Sequence record: NC_004928.1
Reading direction: 5' to 3' (one strand)
From: Escherichia phage RB69
DNA: 64,000 nt
In this document: positions 43,700-53,318 of the stretch, one piece after another
Position numbering within the stretch: position 1 is the stretch's first letter
How the letters are laid out: each line of letters opens with the position of its first letter
Notes under the pieces: generated by a model
Databases searched by the model: none
Told to the model about the DNA's origin: nothing
What the model saw: only the letters and a program-made list of their open reading frames with translations
Position numbers and translations under genes: made by a program

Positions 43700-44872
43700 T
43701 TAGAAATATTTTTTGTATGAATTGATTACATTTTGGTCTACATCATTATCAATTTGTGCGACAAGATAAGAACTGATTTCAACTTCCTGAGGAGCTGCTT
43801 GAACTAAATCAGAGTTCAGATATTCACGAATCCAAGGATACGGATGCTTGGTCGGAGCATCAGTAATTGGACATGGCAAACCGCACTGTTTCATACGAGA
43901 CACAGTCAAGTAATCAACAAAAGCACACATACTCTGTGTATTGATACCTGGACATGTACCGTCTTTAAAGAGGTGTGCAGCCCATTCCTTGTACTTGACT
44001 ATTAACTTCCATAAAAATGTCAACTGCTTCTTGTTCACATTCTTTAGCAATTTGAACCCACTCATCGCCATCAGTACCAGATTGAAGTTGACGGATAATG
44101 TACTGAGTACCCTGAGATGGAGTTGTTCGTCACGAGCAATGAACTTCATAATCTTTGCATTACCTTCCATAATTTCCATATTTTTATGGAAGTTGAAAGT
44201 ACATGCAAATGATACGTAAAAACGAATAGCTTCTAAGGCGTTGATAACATGCAAACAGAGATAAAGAGACTTCATTAAATCGCGCTTGGCGTTAAACATT
44301 ATTTCTTCGTACATCTCAATATCATTCTGCTGGCATGAGCCTATTGAACACTCATAAACTTCCTTAGCATTTTCCCAATTACGAGTCTTGACTAGAACAT
44401 CGTCATAATATTTACCTATTGATTCAGCTCGTTTCATGATTGCTTCGTCTAATACAATCTCATCAAATACTTTGGATGGATCGGTATAAAGATTTCGCAT
44501 AATATGAGTATATGAACGAGAGTGAATAGTTTCACTGAATGTCCATGTTGCAACCCACGTATCTAATGAAGGGTCGGAAATCAGTGCCATAAGTACCGCA
44601 GATGGGGCCCTGCCTTGGATAGAATCCAATAATGATTGATACTTAAGATTGTTTGTACAGATGTCCTGTTGGAACTGAGGAAGCTTATTGAACTGTGCAG
44701 AGTCCAACATCAAGTTTACCTCTTCGGGGCGCCAGAAAAATGACAGGATTTCTATAAGTTCTTCAAAAACTTTATGACGCTGAATATCATACCGTGCAAG
44801 ACCAAGACCAGAACCAAAGAACATCGGTTCGTTCAAAACATCGACTTGTTGTGTATTAAAAACTGTACTCAT
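43700..44872 (-). CDS. nrdB: Ribonucleotide reductase small subunit NrdB; intron-less, ORF open but about 43 codons after the RDE.LHL iron-ligand motif appear out of frame
   Basis: 390 aa ORF; in-frame IARDEQLHL then atypical codons; shifted frame gives GTQYIIRQLQSGTDGDEWVQIAKECEQEAVDIFMEVNSQVQ, resembling recalled E. coli NrdB [39 protein letters not shown]. Confidence 0.85.
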   Translation of the reverse strand: MSTVFNTQQVDVLNEPMFFGSGLGLARYDIQRHKVFEELIEILSFFWRPEEVNLMLDSAQFNKLPQFQQDICTNNLKYQSLLDSIQGRAPSAVLMALISDPSLDTWVATWTFSETIHSRSYTHIMRNLYTDPSKVFDEIVLDEAIMKRAESIGKYYDDVLVKTRNWENAKEVYECSIGSCQQNDIEMYEEIMFNAKRDLMKSLYLCLHVINALEAIRFYVSFACTFNFHKNMEIMEGNAKIMKFIARDEQLHLRVLSTLSVNFNLVLMAMSGFKLLKNVNKKQLTFLWKLIVKYKEWAAHLFKDGTCPGINTQSMCAFVDYLTVSRMKQCGLPCPITDAPTKHPYPWIREYLNSDLVQAAPQEVEISSYLVAQIDNDVDQNVINSYKKYF

Positions 44873-44927
44873 TATATTTTCTCACTTAGTTATTAACTCA
44901 TCCATGAGTAAATTATAATCAAAAGTC

Positions 44928-47183
44928 TTAAAGCTTACAAGCAGAGCAATCTTCAGCTTTAGGTGTTTCTAATTCATAGTCATCTGTACCTGACCCATCA
45001 CGAGTGTTATGATAGTAGAGATTTTTTCCGCCAAAGTACCAGAAGTAAAGCAGATCGTCAAGCATTACCGACATTGGCACTTTACCTTTCTCAAATACAG
45101 CAGGGTCATAATAAGTATTAGCAGAAGCAGATTGGCACACCCATTTCAACATGATAGCAACTTGGGTCAAATAAGGTTTATTACCTTTCTTAGCAAGTTT
45201 CCACGCGTAGTCGTAAAGACTCATGTTATGTTCGATATTAGGAACAACCTGTCGGAAGTTGCCTTCTTTAGATTCTTTAATACTTACAGGTCCACGAGGT
45301 GGTTCTATACCATTTGTGCTATTTGAGACTTGACTGCTTGATTCACATGGCATGAGAGCACTAAGTGTACTGTTACGAATTCCATGTTCTTTTGAGTTCA
45401 GCTCGAAGTTCTTCCAGTCACAGACGTAGTTCGGGGCTGCGATTTGGTCAATCTTTTTATTGTACCAGTCGATAGGTAATTCGCCTCTAGACCATTTAGT
45501 GTCTGAATAATACTCACAAGGTCCTTTTTCTTTGGCGAGTTTGATTGAAGCTTTGATAAGGCCATATTGCAATCTCTCGAACAATTCATGAGTCAAATAG
45601 TTAGCGTCTTCATATGAAGCAAAGTTAGAAGCTAACCATGCAGCATAGTTCGTCACACCGACACCGAGATTTCGACGCTTTTTAGCTTTTAAAGCTTCTG
45701 GAACCGGATAATCTTGATAGTCTAACAGGTTATCAAGTGCACGTACTTGTACTTCAGCAAGTTCATTAATTTTATCTTGGTCTTGCCAATCAAATTTATC
45801 TAATACAAAAGCAGATAACGTGCATAAACCAATTTCAGCATCAGGACCATTCACATCATTAGTTGGAATAGCGATTTCACAACATAAGTTACTCTGACGA
45901 ATTGGAGCTTTTTCACGAATAAACGGAGTGTAGTTATTCGTGTTATCAACAAACTGTGGATAAATTCGAGCAGTACCAGAACGTTCAGTCATGAACAATT
46001 CAAAGAGTTCTAGTGCTTTGATTCTTTTCTTTCTGATTGTTGGGTCTTTTTCAGCTTTCTCATAAAGCTCACGGAATTTATCTTGATCTTCAAAGAATGA
46101 GTAATATAGTTCGCCTGACATTTCGTGAGGGCTAAATAAAGTAATATAATCATTTTTACCAAGGCGTTCCATCATGAGGTCATTAATCTGAATTCCGTAG
46201 TCCATATGTCGAATACGGTTTTCATCCACGCCTTTGTTATTTTTCAGAACTAATAGGTTCTCTACTTCTAAGTGCCACATTGGATAATACGCTGTAGCAG
46301 CACCACCACGAATACCACCTTGAGAACAAGATTTTACTGCAGTTTGGAAATGTTTCCAGAATGGAATAACACCCGTATGTCGAACTTCACCCATACCGAT
46401 CTTAGAACCTTCTGCACGAAGCATACCAACGTTGATACCGATACCAGCTCGTTTAGAAATATATTCAATAATTGATGCTGAAGTTTTGTTAATAGATTTT
46501 AACGAATCACCGGCTTCAATAACTACACAACTAGAGAACTGGCGAGTTGGAGTACGAGCACCTGCCATAATTGGGGTTGGCAATGAAACTTGATGAGTAG
46601 AAACGGCATCATAAAAACGAATAATATGTTTCAAACGGTCATGAGTTTCGTCTTGGTGTAAGGCCATGCCAATAGCCATGATAGCAAACTGGGGAGTTTC
46701 ATAAATCTTACCAGTTGTTTTATCTTTAACCAGGTATTTTTCTTTAAGCTGCATAGCACCAGCATAAGTCAGATCAAAATCTCGCTCATGTTTAATCCGA
46801 GAATCAAGATAAATGATTTCTTCTGCAGAATATCTAGACAACAACTCAGGATCATATTTGCCTTCATTAACACAATAAGAAATATGGTCGATAAAAGCAG
46901 GCGGTTCAAACTGCCCATATACATCTTTACGAAGTGCAAACATTAGCCCTTTGGCGGCGACATACTGATAATCAGGTTCTTCGACAGAAATCGAGTTAGC
47001 TGCAACTTTAATACAAATCTTCTGGATATCTTTGGTGCTCATCCCGTCGACAAGATGGGTCTTAATTTCTTCGTACAATTCATATGGGTCGATTTGTGTT
47101 CCTTCACATTGCCAAGTTAAGACTTGAATAATTTTCTGTGCATCAAAATTTTGGGATACACCACTGCTCTTAGTTACTTGCAT
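44928..47183 (-). CDS. nrdA: Ribonucleotide reductase large subunit NrdA
   Basis: 751 aa; active-site region SNLCCEIA, C-terminal redox cysteines (CSACKL); alignable with recalled E. coli NrdA. Confidence 0.95.
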   Translation of the reverse strand: MQVTKSSGVSQNFDAQKIIQVLTWQCEGTQIDPYELYEEIKTHLVDGMSTKDIQKICIKVAANSISVEEPDYQYVAAKGLMFALRKDVYGQFEPPAFIDHISYCVNEGKYDPELLSRYSAEEIIYLDSRIKHERDFDLTYAGAMQLKEKYLVKDKTTGKIYETPQFAIMAIGMALHQDETHDRLKHIIRFYDAVSTHQVSLPTPIMAGARTPTRQFSSCVVIEAGDSLKSINKTSASIIEYISKRAGIGINVGMLRAEGSKIGMGEVRHTGVIPFWKHFQTAVKSCSQGGIRGGAATAYYPMWHLEVENLLVLKNNKGVDENRIRHMDYGIQINDLMMERLGKNDYITLFSPHEMSGELYYSFFEDQDKFRELYEKAEKDPTIRKKRIKALELFELFMTERSGTARIYPQFVDNTNNYTPFIREKAPIRQSNLCCEIAIPTNDVNGPDAEIGLCTLSAFVLDKFDWQDQDKINELAEVQVRALDNLLDYQDYPVPEALKAKKRRNLGVGVTNYAAWLASNFASYEDANYLTHELFERLQYGLIKASIKLAKEKGPCEYYSDTKWSRGELPIDWYNKKIDQIAAPNYVCDWKNFELNSKEHGIRNSTLSALMPCESSSQVSNSTNGIEPPRGPVSIKESKEGNFRQVVPNIEHNMSLYDYAWKLAKKGNKPYLTQVAIMLKWVCQSASANTYYDPAVFEKGKVPMSVMLDDLLYFWYFGGKNLYYHNTRDGSGTDDYELETPKAEDCSACKL

Positions 47184-47218
47184 ATATTCCTCAGTATAGG
47201 TTGATAGACATTACTCCA

Positions 47219-47270
47219 AACGGGATAGTATTTATCCCGTTAATTTATTATACACTTTTAAACTGAAGCG
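47219..47270 (-). promoter_or_regulatory. nrdA leader: possible MotA-type middle promoter (CGCTTCA box, 12 nt, GTATAAT) followed by a 9-bp-stem hairpin (AACGGGATA/TATCCCGTT)
   Basis: Read on reverse complement; the MotA box is a 6 of 7 match. Confidence 0.4.
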
Positions 47271-47525
47271 TTAATTATTCTTAGCAATAATTTCTTTGTA
47301 TTCTTTAGGTGTCAAGACTGTGATATCGAAATAAACCAATGGTTCTTTTTCCATACCGTAACCACCACAAAATTCACGATATTCATAAATTCGTTCATGT
47401 GAATAACAAATGAATCGTTCACCTTTAACTGTGATTTCACTATTCGGTGAAGGGATATCTAGTTCGGTAGGATTTTTCATTTCAAAAATTGTGGTGCCAT
47501 ATGAATTAATAAAACGTAAAATCAT
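47271..47525 (-). CDS. Hypothetical protein (84 aa) between td and nrdA
   Basis: ORF. Confidence 0.55.
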   Translation of the reverse strand: MILRFINSYGTTIFEMKNPTELDIPSPNSEITVKGERFICYSHERIYEYREFCGGYGMEKEPLVYFDITVLTPKEYKEIIAKNN

Positions 47526-48386
47526 TTATACCGCCATTTTAGCTTTGATAGTTGGATGAGATTCGTAATTTTTAAGAACGAAATCAGAATGTGTCATCGT
47601 TCCAGTAACCCAGTCCATTTGGATTTTTGTAGGCCAATTCTCAAAATTACTAGGCCAATTAATTTCAAGAGAACACAACTCTTTAGGTTCACGACGAAGA
47701 ACTTCTTTGCATTGTTCTACATGATTGCTGTAGATATGCGTGTTGCCGCCTGAGAACACTAAATCACCCGGGATAAGGTTACACATCTTCGCTACAATAT
47801 GCGTCAAGGCAGCGTACGAGGCGATGTTGAACGGCAGGCCCAAGAAAACATCTACACTGCGTTGATACCATTGTAAATCAAGATGTCCATTACGCACATT
47901 AAATTGATAGAACATATGACAAGGAGGAAGAGCCATTTGGTCAATTTCGGCAGGGTTCCATGCAGAAACTATTTGTCGACGATCATTAGGAAGAGCTTTA
48001 ATACGGTCGATAGTTTTGACCAATTGGTCTACACCACCAAAATCACGCCATTGCTTACCATAAATAGGACCAAGTTCGCCGCTATGATATCCAAGGTCTT
48101 TTGCCTGATTTTCATAGTTGTCGTCCCAAATAGTTTTACCTTCAATTAGACTACCATGAGTACGAATACGCAAATCATTAACATTGGTAGAACCAGACAT
48201 GAACCACAGTAGTTCGGCAATACAAGCTTTCCATGCAAGCTTCTTGGTTGTTACTGCAGGGAATCCTTTAGTCAGGTCCCATCGCAATTTAGTTCCGAAC
48301 AGGGCAATAGTGCCTGTGCCTGTACGGTCGTCTGTTTCGTAGCCATTTTCTAGGATATCATTAATCAGGTATTGGTATTGTTTCAT
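47526..48386 (-). CDS. td: Thymidylate synthase (uninterrupted, no intron)
   Basis: 286 aa continuous ORF, same length as spliced T4 TS; active-site region PPCH present. Confidence 0.95.
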   Translation of the reverse strand: MKQYQYLINDILENGYETDDRTGTGTIALFGTKLRWDLTKGFPAVTTKKLAWKACIAELLWFMSGSTNVNDLRIRTHGSLIEGKTIWDDNYENQAKDLGYHSGELGPIYGKQWRDFGGVDQLVKTIDRIKALPNDRRQIVSAWNPAEIDQMALPPCHMFYQFNVRNGHLDLQWYQRSVDVFLGLPFNIASYAALTHIVAKMCNLIPGDLVFSGGNTHIYSNHVEQCKEVLRREPKELCSLEINWPSNFENWPTKIQMDWVTGTMTHSDFVLKNYESHPTIKAKMAV

Positions 48387-48970
48387 TTATACACGCTCTC
48401 AGTAATTTCGGTGAGTTCATCGATTCTGTAGTAATGAGATTCTACCATAGAACGTTGAAGCATAATATCTTGGACGAAATCTTTATCAAGTTGAACATCG
48501 GAATTAACACGACATTTCTTAATGATTTTAGTCATCACGATTTCATCGGCATAAGGCAGTGCTTGTTTTAATAATGCAGGACCACCAATAACCGAGACAT
48601 CAACATGTTCAGTAGAAAGTTTAAACGGTACGTCGGTTGAAGGGCTAAACAGGTTAATTTCACCACCCATTACCAAGGTAATAAATTCTGCTTGGGTGAT
48701 ATAGAACCGTGCAAGTTCATCAGTTTTAGTCCTAGGCAGTTTTCTGGCCATATCAGTGACAACCATATGAGTACGATCTGGTAGTAGACGAGGTAATGAT
48801 GCAAAAGTCTTAGCACCCATAACCATTACAGTGTTTTTAGTGCGAGCAACAAAGTTACTCATATCTTGTTTGATATGCTTCCATGGAAGTCCATCACCTA
48901 ATCCAAAAGCATATTCCAGTTTATCATCAACTGTTTTAGACGGTGCGCATGCGAATACTAATTTAAGCAT
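48383..48970 (-). CDS. frd: Dihydrofolate reductase
   Basis: 195 aa; alignable with recalled T4 DHFR; 4-nt overlap with td. Confidence 0.9.
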   Translation of the reverse strand: MLKLVFACAPSKTVDDKLEYAFGLGDGLPWKHIKQDMSNFVARTKNTVMVMGAKTFASLPRLLPDRTHMVVTDMARKLPRTKTDELARFYITQAEFITLVMGGEINLFSPSTDVPFKLSTEHVDVSVIGGPALLKQALPYADEIVMTKIIKKCRVNSDVQLDKDFVQDIMLQRSMVESHYYRIDELTEITESVYK

Positions 48971-48973
48971 TTT

Positions 48974-49222
48974 TTATTTCCTCAGATTTTTCTTAATAAC
49001 TTTCCAATCAGCTTTGAACATTTCAACGTCGGAGTGGTGAATCCAGAATCCTGCGCTTTCACCGTCTTCGTAGAGTGGACATCCATCACATTCTTCGTTC
49101 CAACCCATTTCACGTAAAGCTTCTTCAGCTTGTTCAAGGAGTTCAGCGTCTTTACCGACGATGTTGAAGTACCATTTACCTCTAACTTCTGAATCTTTGA
49201 TGCTCTGGCGTTGCAATCTCAT
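48974..49222 (-). CDS. Hypothetical protein (82 aa; frd.1-like)
   Basis: ORF. Confidence 0.5.
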   Translation of the reverse strand: MRLQRQSIKDSEVRGKWYFNIVGKDAELLEQAEEALREMGWNEECDGCPLYEDGESAGFWIHHSDVEMFKADWKVIKKNLRK

Positions 49223-49247
49223 TTTATTCTCCTCTTCACTTTTATTT

Positions 49248-49286
49248 GATAGGGCTACTATAAAATAGCCCTATCTTGTTATAAAC
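49248..49286 (-). promoter_or_regulatory. Putative early promoter (GTTTAT, 17-18 nt, TATAGT) with the -10 inside a perfect 10-bp inverted repeat (GATAGGGCTA/TAGCCCTATC); PeSL-like
   Basis: Read on reverse complement. Confidence 0.45.
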
Positions 49287-49678
49287 TACTTTTTAAAAGT
49301 TTTTTGCAAAAGTTTGATGATTTCGTCGACGTTGGTTTCATCTACGATACAATGGATTTTTGTTACACCTAAAGTTATACCTTCGTTAGTAGGTTGAGGC
49401 TTTACTAAATCTACCTCAGTAAAGTATTTGAACTCATCATAATAAATCTCAAAATAAGTTTCAATTTCACCACCGGCAGAACATACAGTACCATCTTCCA
49501 TAGTTACACTTACTACGTTTGACGTATCGCTATCATAATCAGGTTCCATTCCGTTTACAACAAAACTAGGCCCGTGGAGTTCAATCAATTTTAACATCTT
49601 AGCGTTACTGTGTGGTGCTTCTTGAACAAAGTCGTCTTTAAATAAAGGGTTAATGATATAAGATTTTCCAATTTCCAT
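49286..49678 (-). CDS. Hypothetical protein (130 aa; frd.2-like)
   Basis: ORF 49286..49777; SD GAGGAAA before the ATG at 49678 (MEIGKSY...), avoiding overlap with the upstream gene. Confidence 0.5.
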   Translation of the reverse strand: MEIGKSYIINPLFKDDFVQEAPHSNAKMLKLIELHGPSFVVNGMEPDYDSDTSNVVSVTMEDGTVCSAGGEIETYFEIYYDEFKYFTEVDLVKPQPTNEGITLGVTKIHCIVDETNVDEIIKLLQKTFKK

Positions 49679-49688
49679 TTTGATTTCC

Positions 49689-49940
49689 TCATTTGTTGAT
49701 GTGTTGTAATAAAGATTCTGCAAACGTCTCATATGATTCCAGGTGTTCTTCTTTAATGCGAACTGCATGATTATCACCCGAAGAATAGAACATCTGTACG
49801 ATAAGAGCTTCGTAATCAGACGAAATACATGCTACGTTTTCCGGCTTCAGGCATTCATTGTATGTCGCAACTGGGTCAGTGAAAGCTGCAACGTTTTTGC
49901 TACCGCAGTAATCCATACTTCTTTGAATAATAAAAATCAT
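49689..49940 (-). CDS. Hypothetical protein (83 aa; frd.3-like)
   Basis: ORF. Confidence 0.5.
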   Translation of the reverse strand: MIFIIQRSMDYCGSKNVAAFTDPVATYNECLKPENVACISSDYEALIVQMFYSSGDNHAVRIKEEHLESYETFAESLLQHINK

Positions 49941-49970
49941 TTTATTTTCCTCTCATTTGTTGATAAGTCT

Positions 49971-49999
49971 ATAGTATCATGTTTAAAGGAAAAGTAAAC
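49971..49999 (-). promoter_or_regulatory. Early promoter (GTTTAC, 17 nt, TACTAT) upstream of the frd.3-like gene
   Basis: Read on reverse complement. Confidence 0.5.
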
Positions 50000-50025
50000 A
50001 ACTTTTTTTGGCAATTTACAGATAC

Positions 50026-50049
50026 TCAAAAGGGAGACCGAAGTCTCCC
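50026..50049 (-). terminator. Rho-independent terminator downstream of gene 32 (GGGAGAC-UUCG-GUCUCCC plus U-run)
   Basis: Third identical copy of the 18-nt hairpin. Confidence 0.75.
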
Positions 50050-50056
50050 TAATTTA

Positions 50057-50956
50057 TTATAGACCAGCTAACAGGTCATCGAGGTCGCCATCGTCAGAAG
50101 ACGAGGAACTCATGAAGTCATCTTCAGTTTTTGCAGAACTAAAGGCTTCCATGTCTTTATCAAAATCGTCGAGGTCAGAAGCAACTTTATCTGCAACAGA
50201 AGCTGCTGCGGCTGCTGCACCACCCAGAGCGGCAGTACCAAGAACTTGATTAAATTTAGTATTCAATTCTTCAAACGATTTGAACTTATCTTTAGAAGTC
50301 ATTTCAGAAAGGTCAACCATTTGTTCGAACAATTCTTTCTGGAAAGATTCATCATCAATGTTTGGAATCGCAGATTGATTCAGGAATTTAGATTCGTCAT
50401 AGTTACTGAAACCAGAAACCTGTTTAACTTTCAGCACAAAGTTAGCACCTTCCCATGGACAAGTTACATCAACAGGAGTTTCACCCATTTCAGTATCAAC
50501 TGCAATCATTGCATTGATTTTGTCCCAAATCTTTTTACCAAAACGGTATTTGAATACCTTACCTTCATTATCTGGAGCTTGTGGGTCTTTAACAACCAGA
50601 ATATTAGCCCAATAAGAAGTTTTACGTTTCAGTTGAGAATATTCAGTTTTGTTGGTATTGTACAGGTCATTTTTACTAATGTACTGACATACAGGACAAG
50701 AGTCATAATCGCCGTGTGTAGATGAACAGGTTTCAATATACCATTTGCCATTTTTCTTGAACCCGTGGTTAACAAGAATTGCAAACGGAAGTGCGTCATC
50801 TGTTTTTGCCGGCAGGAAACGAATTACCGCTTGACCATTACCGGATGCATCGAGTTTCAGCTTCCATTCACCTTTATCTTCTGAAGAGAAACCTTTGTTA
50901 CCATTCAGTTTAGCCATCTGAGCTGCGAGGTCTGCGGTACTTTTACGTTTAAACAT
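50057..50956 (-). CDS. 32: Single-stranded DNA-binding protein gp32
   Basis: 299 aa; N-terminal [23 protein letters not shown] and acidic C-terminus match recalled T4 gp32. Confidence 0.95.
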   Translation of the reverse strand: MFKRKSTADLAAQMAKLNGNKGFSSEDKGEWKLKLDASGNGQAVIRFLPAKTDDALPFAILVNHGFKKNGKWYIETCSSTHGDYDSCPVCQYISKNDLYNTNKTEYSQLKRKTSYWANILVVKDPQAPDNEGKVFKYRFGKKIWDKINAMIAVDTEMGETPVDVTCPWEGANFVLKVKQVSGFSNYDESKFLNQSAIPNIDDESFQKELFEQMVDLSEMTSKDKFKSFEELNTKFNQVLGTAALGGAAAAAASVADKVASDLDDFDKDMEAFSSAKTEDDFMSSSSSDDGDLDDLLAGL

Positions 50957-51043
50957 TATATTTACCTTTATTTAGATTATTTAATTTATTTACAGTTGGT
51001 TGCTACGACACTTATACCTCGTAGCTGGTATGATTTATTTATA
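50957..51043 (-). promoter_or_regulatory. Gene 32 leader: late promoter TATAAATA (51036-51043), stem-loop, and A/U-rich unstructured region before the SD (autoregulatory operator-like)
   Basis: Minus-strand tttTATAAATAaatc, inverted repeat GCTACGAGG...GTCGTAGC, then a long AU-rich tract. Confidence 0.55.
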
Positions 51044-51072
51044 AAGTAATTTTAACACAGATAAAATAAAGC

Positions 51073-51726
51073 TTAATACTTACATGATTTTATTGTTTCT
51101 ATGAACAATTTCTTAGCAGCATTTACATCGATTTGAAGTATTTTTCGATATGCCTTTAATTTGGTAGAATAATTTTGCCAGACTAAATTGTCAGTAAGTT
51201 CGTCATGCTTATCTATAATATTCAAGAATGAATCCAACAACAAGAAGGTTTCAAACGAAATTATATTGCTTTGTAGCAATTTAAATATGTAGCTCGACTG
51301 AACTTTATTATTATAATCAAATATCTCTTGAAGCGCACTAACTTCCACTTTCTTACTGAAATAGTAGATGTTACGTACATCTTCAGCAAACGTCTCCTTG
51401 GCTTGTTTGAGACGTCCAATATATTCCCTATAGAAAACTAATGCATCAGCGTCTGATATCTCACCAATCCATGCATCTTGGTTAGCAACTAAGTTACTGA
51501 TGAATATCAAAGTGAGTTCCTTTAACTTATATTTCTCTGCTAGTTTCTCAAAGAAATATTTATCTCGGCGTTTTTGATATGCATTATCCGAAACACGCAT
51601 GCACCAGTTATATTTGATTACGTCATACCGACCATTAAAATGTTGTTTGCACATCAAGTATAGTTTGTATACCGATTTTCCATTAATATAACGTTCTCCG
51701 TCGGGAGGCATGCGTATTTTAATCAT
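51073..51726 (-). CDS. 59: Helicase loader gp59
   Basis: 217 aa, same length and position as T4 gp59. Confidence 0.9.
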   Translation of the reverse strand: MIKIRMPPDGERYINGKSVYKLYLMCKQHFNGRYDVIKYNWCMRVSDNAYQKRRDKYFFEKLAEKYKLKELTLIFISNLVANQDAWIGEISDADALVFYREYIGRLKQAKETFAEDVRNIYYFSKKVEVSALQEIFDYNNKVQSSYIFKLLQSNIISFETFLLLDSFLNIIDKHDELTDNLVWQNYSTKLKAYRKILQIDVNAAKKLFIETIKSCKY

Positions 51727-52061
51727 AATAAGAAATCTAACGTATTAGTTTTTTCACCACGAGCAACTGATGGGCGAAGCATGTTTTCGTCAATTGCTTC
51801 GCTTGTAATTTTTTCAACAATTCCTGTAGGAATAAATTTAGCAAATTGTGTTTCTGGAATAGAATTTTCTTCCAAGAAAGCAGTTGTTGCTTCTAAATAA
51901 GACATACCAAATTGTTCAACCATGGATTCGATAATGAATCCGTTTTCTTGACGGTCAAGCAATTTAGCGATATCATCTTTATCATGTTTTACTGCTAATT
52001 CTTGTTCAGATAAACCGGTCTCATCAACCGGTTTAATATCACTTAGTGAAAACTGTGTCAT
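51723..52061 (-). CDS. 33: Late transcription co-activator gp33
   Basis: 112 aa, same length as T4 gp33; synteny. Confidence 0.9.
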   Translation of the reverse strand: MTQFSLSDIKPVDETGLSEQELAVKHDKDDIAKLLDRQENGFIIESMVEQFGMSYLEATTAFLEENSIPETQFAKFIPTGIVEKITSEAIDENMLRPSVARGEKTNTLDFLL

Positions 52062-52308
52062 AAAGCTCGACTACCTCTTCGTTTTCAGCTTCAAATTGGT
52101 CACGAGCATCTTTATGATAAAGAGCTAACAAACGATTAAACATTTTTCCATCAACGCCAAGCTCTTCTTTAGCACGAGTACGAATGTCTTTAATCAGTTC
52201 ATTATAACCAGAAATTTTAAGTTTGTTATCGGAAGCTTCCTTGACTAGTTTAGCCAGTTCTTCACCATGCACATCTTGATTAAATTCAACTGCTTCTTTC
52301 TTAGCCAT
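52039..52308 (-). CDS. dsbA: dsDNA-binding protein DsbA
   Basis: ORF 52039..52326; SD GAGGTAA precedes the internal ATG (MAKKEAVEF...), giving 89 aa as in T4. Confidence 0.85.
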   Translation of the reverse strand: MAKKEAVEFNQDVHGEELAKLVKEASDNKLKISGYNELIKDIRTRAKEELGVDGKMFNRLLALYHKDARDQFEAENEEVVELYDTVFTK

Positions 52309-52359
52309 GTTTACCTCAGAATTCATTAATTACACTTGTTAATTTAGAAAGACCGGATT

Positions 52360-53232
52360 TTACAAGTATGAATAAATCTTGCCTTTAGGTTGTGGTTGAT
52401 ATGAGTTATAATACTCTATAATGGTTGAAGCAATATTATCAGGGATATAATCAAAATCAATGAGAACCAAATTTTCTTGGTACCGTTTATATTCTTCTGC
52501 ACTTAATAATACTTCAGCTTGAGAACGATCATTGGCAAGTGCTTCAATGATCGTTGTTTTCATGCTTGGAGTTCGTTCGCCTTCGACTCGAGTAAACCAG
52601 AAATCACCACGAACTCGAACAGACGCAACACCATCTTTACGGTCGCCTTTAAGAATTTTAGTCATGCAATCAATTTCGGCAGAACCATTCTTAATTTTAA
52701 CCCATTTTTTCTGCGGTGGCGACCACTGTTTAACGTTAGGGTATTTGTGTAATTGTGTAAAGTCACCATCTGATGCAACAATACACACCTTATGACCAGC
52801 TAATGACAAATATTTAGTTAATACGCCGATATGGTCATCCGCTTCGTATTTGTCAATATCCATTACAACGTATGGCATATATTTCTTAATCTCATCAACG
52901 ACTTGATGAAGTGCAGTAAAATATCCTTCCCAATCCCACTTTGAAGCTTCACGATCAGTTTTACGATTTTTCTTGTAGTAGTAAGCAAAGTCGCGTCGCC
53001 AATACCCAGAAGTAGCGTTATCCATGCACAATACAAATTTTGTATAACCTTGCTTACGGAACATCACTACGTTTTTACGAATTGAATTCAAGACTACATG
53101 ACGAACCATCGGAACGGTAATTTTATCACCATCTTCAAAGTTGTTTAATGCAGCTGCCAATGCAATGTTACTAAAGTCTGCAAGCGCAATACCTTCTTTG
53201 TAATCTTCATCCAACATCATTTCTAAATCCAT
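52360..53232 (-). CDS. rnh: RNase H (5'-3' exonuclease), C-terminus apparently truncated by a 3' frameshift
   Basis: 290 aa; N-terminus MDLEMMLDEDYKEGI matches recalled T4 RNase H; ends KIYSYL-stop while a shifted frame continues VKSGLSKLTSVINEF-stop. Confidence 0.9.
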   Translation of the reverse strand: MDLEMMLDEDYKEGIALADFSNIALAAALNNFEDGDKITVPMVRHVVLNSIRKNVVMFRKQGYTKFVLCMDNATSGYWRRDFAYYYKKNRKTDREASKWDWEGYFTALHQVVDEIKKYMPYVVMDIDKYEADDHIGVLTKYLSLAGHKVCIVASDGDFTQLHKYPNVKQWSPPQKKWVKIKNGSAEIDCMTKILKGDRKDGVASVRVRGDFWFTRVEGERTPSMKTTIIEALANDRSQAEVLLSAEEYKRYQENLVLIDFDYIPDNIASTIIEYYNSYQPQPKGKIYSYL

Positions 53233-53310
53233 ATGAACCTCTTGTTCAGTTAGTCAACTTAGACCATAGTAACATACTAGTTCGAAAGCGTAAATAGTCT
53301 TTTACTCATT

Positions 53311-53318
53311 TATAAATA
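53311..53318 (+). promoter_or_regulatory. Late promoter TATAAATA upstream of gene 34
   Basis: Exact motif about 35 nt upstream of the gene 34 ATG. Confidence 0.6.

Noticed and set aside
47526-48386. Group I intron in td
   Set aside because: The td ORF is continuous and full length; no room for intron sequence
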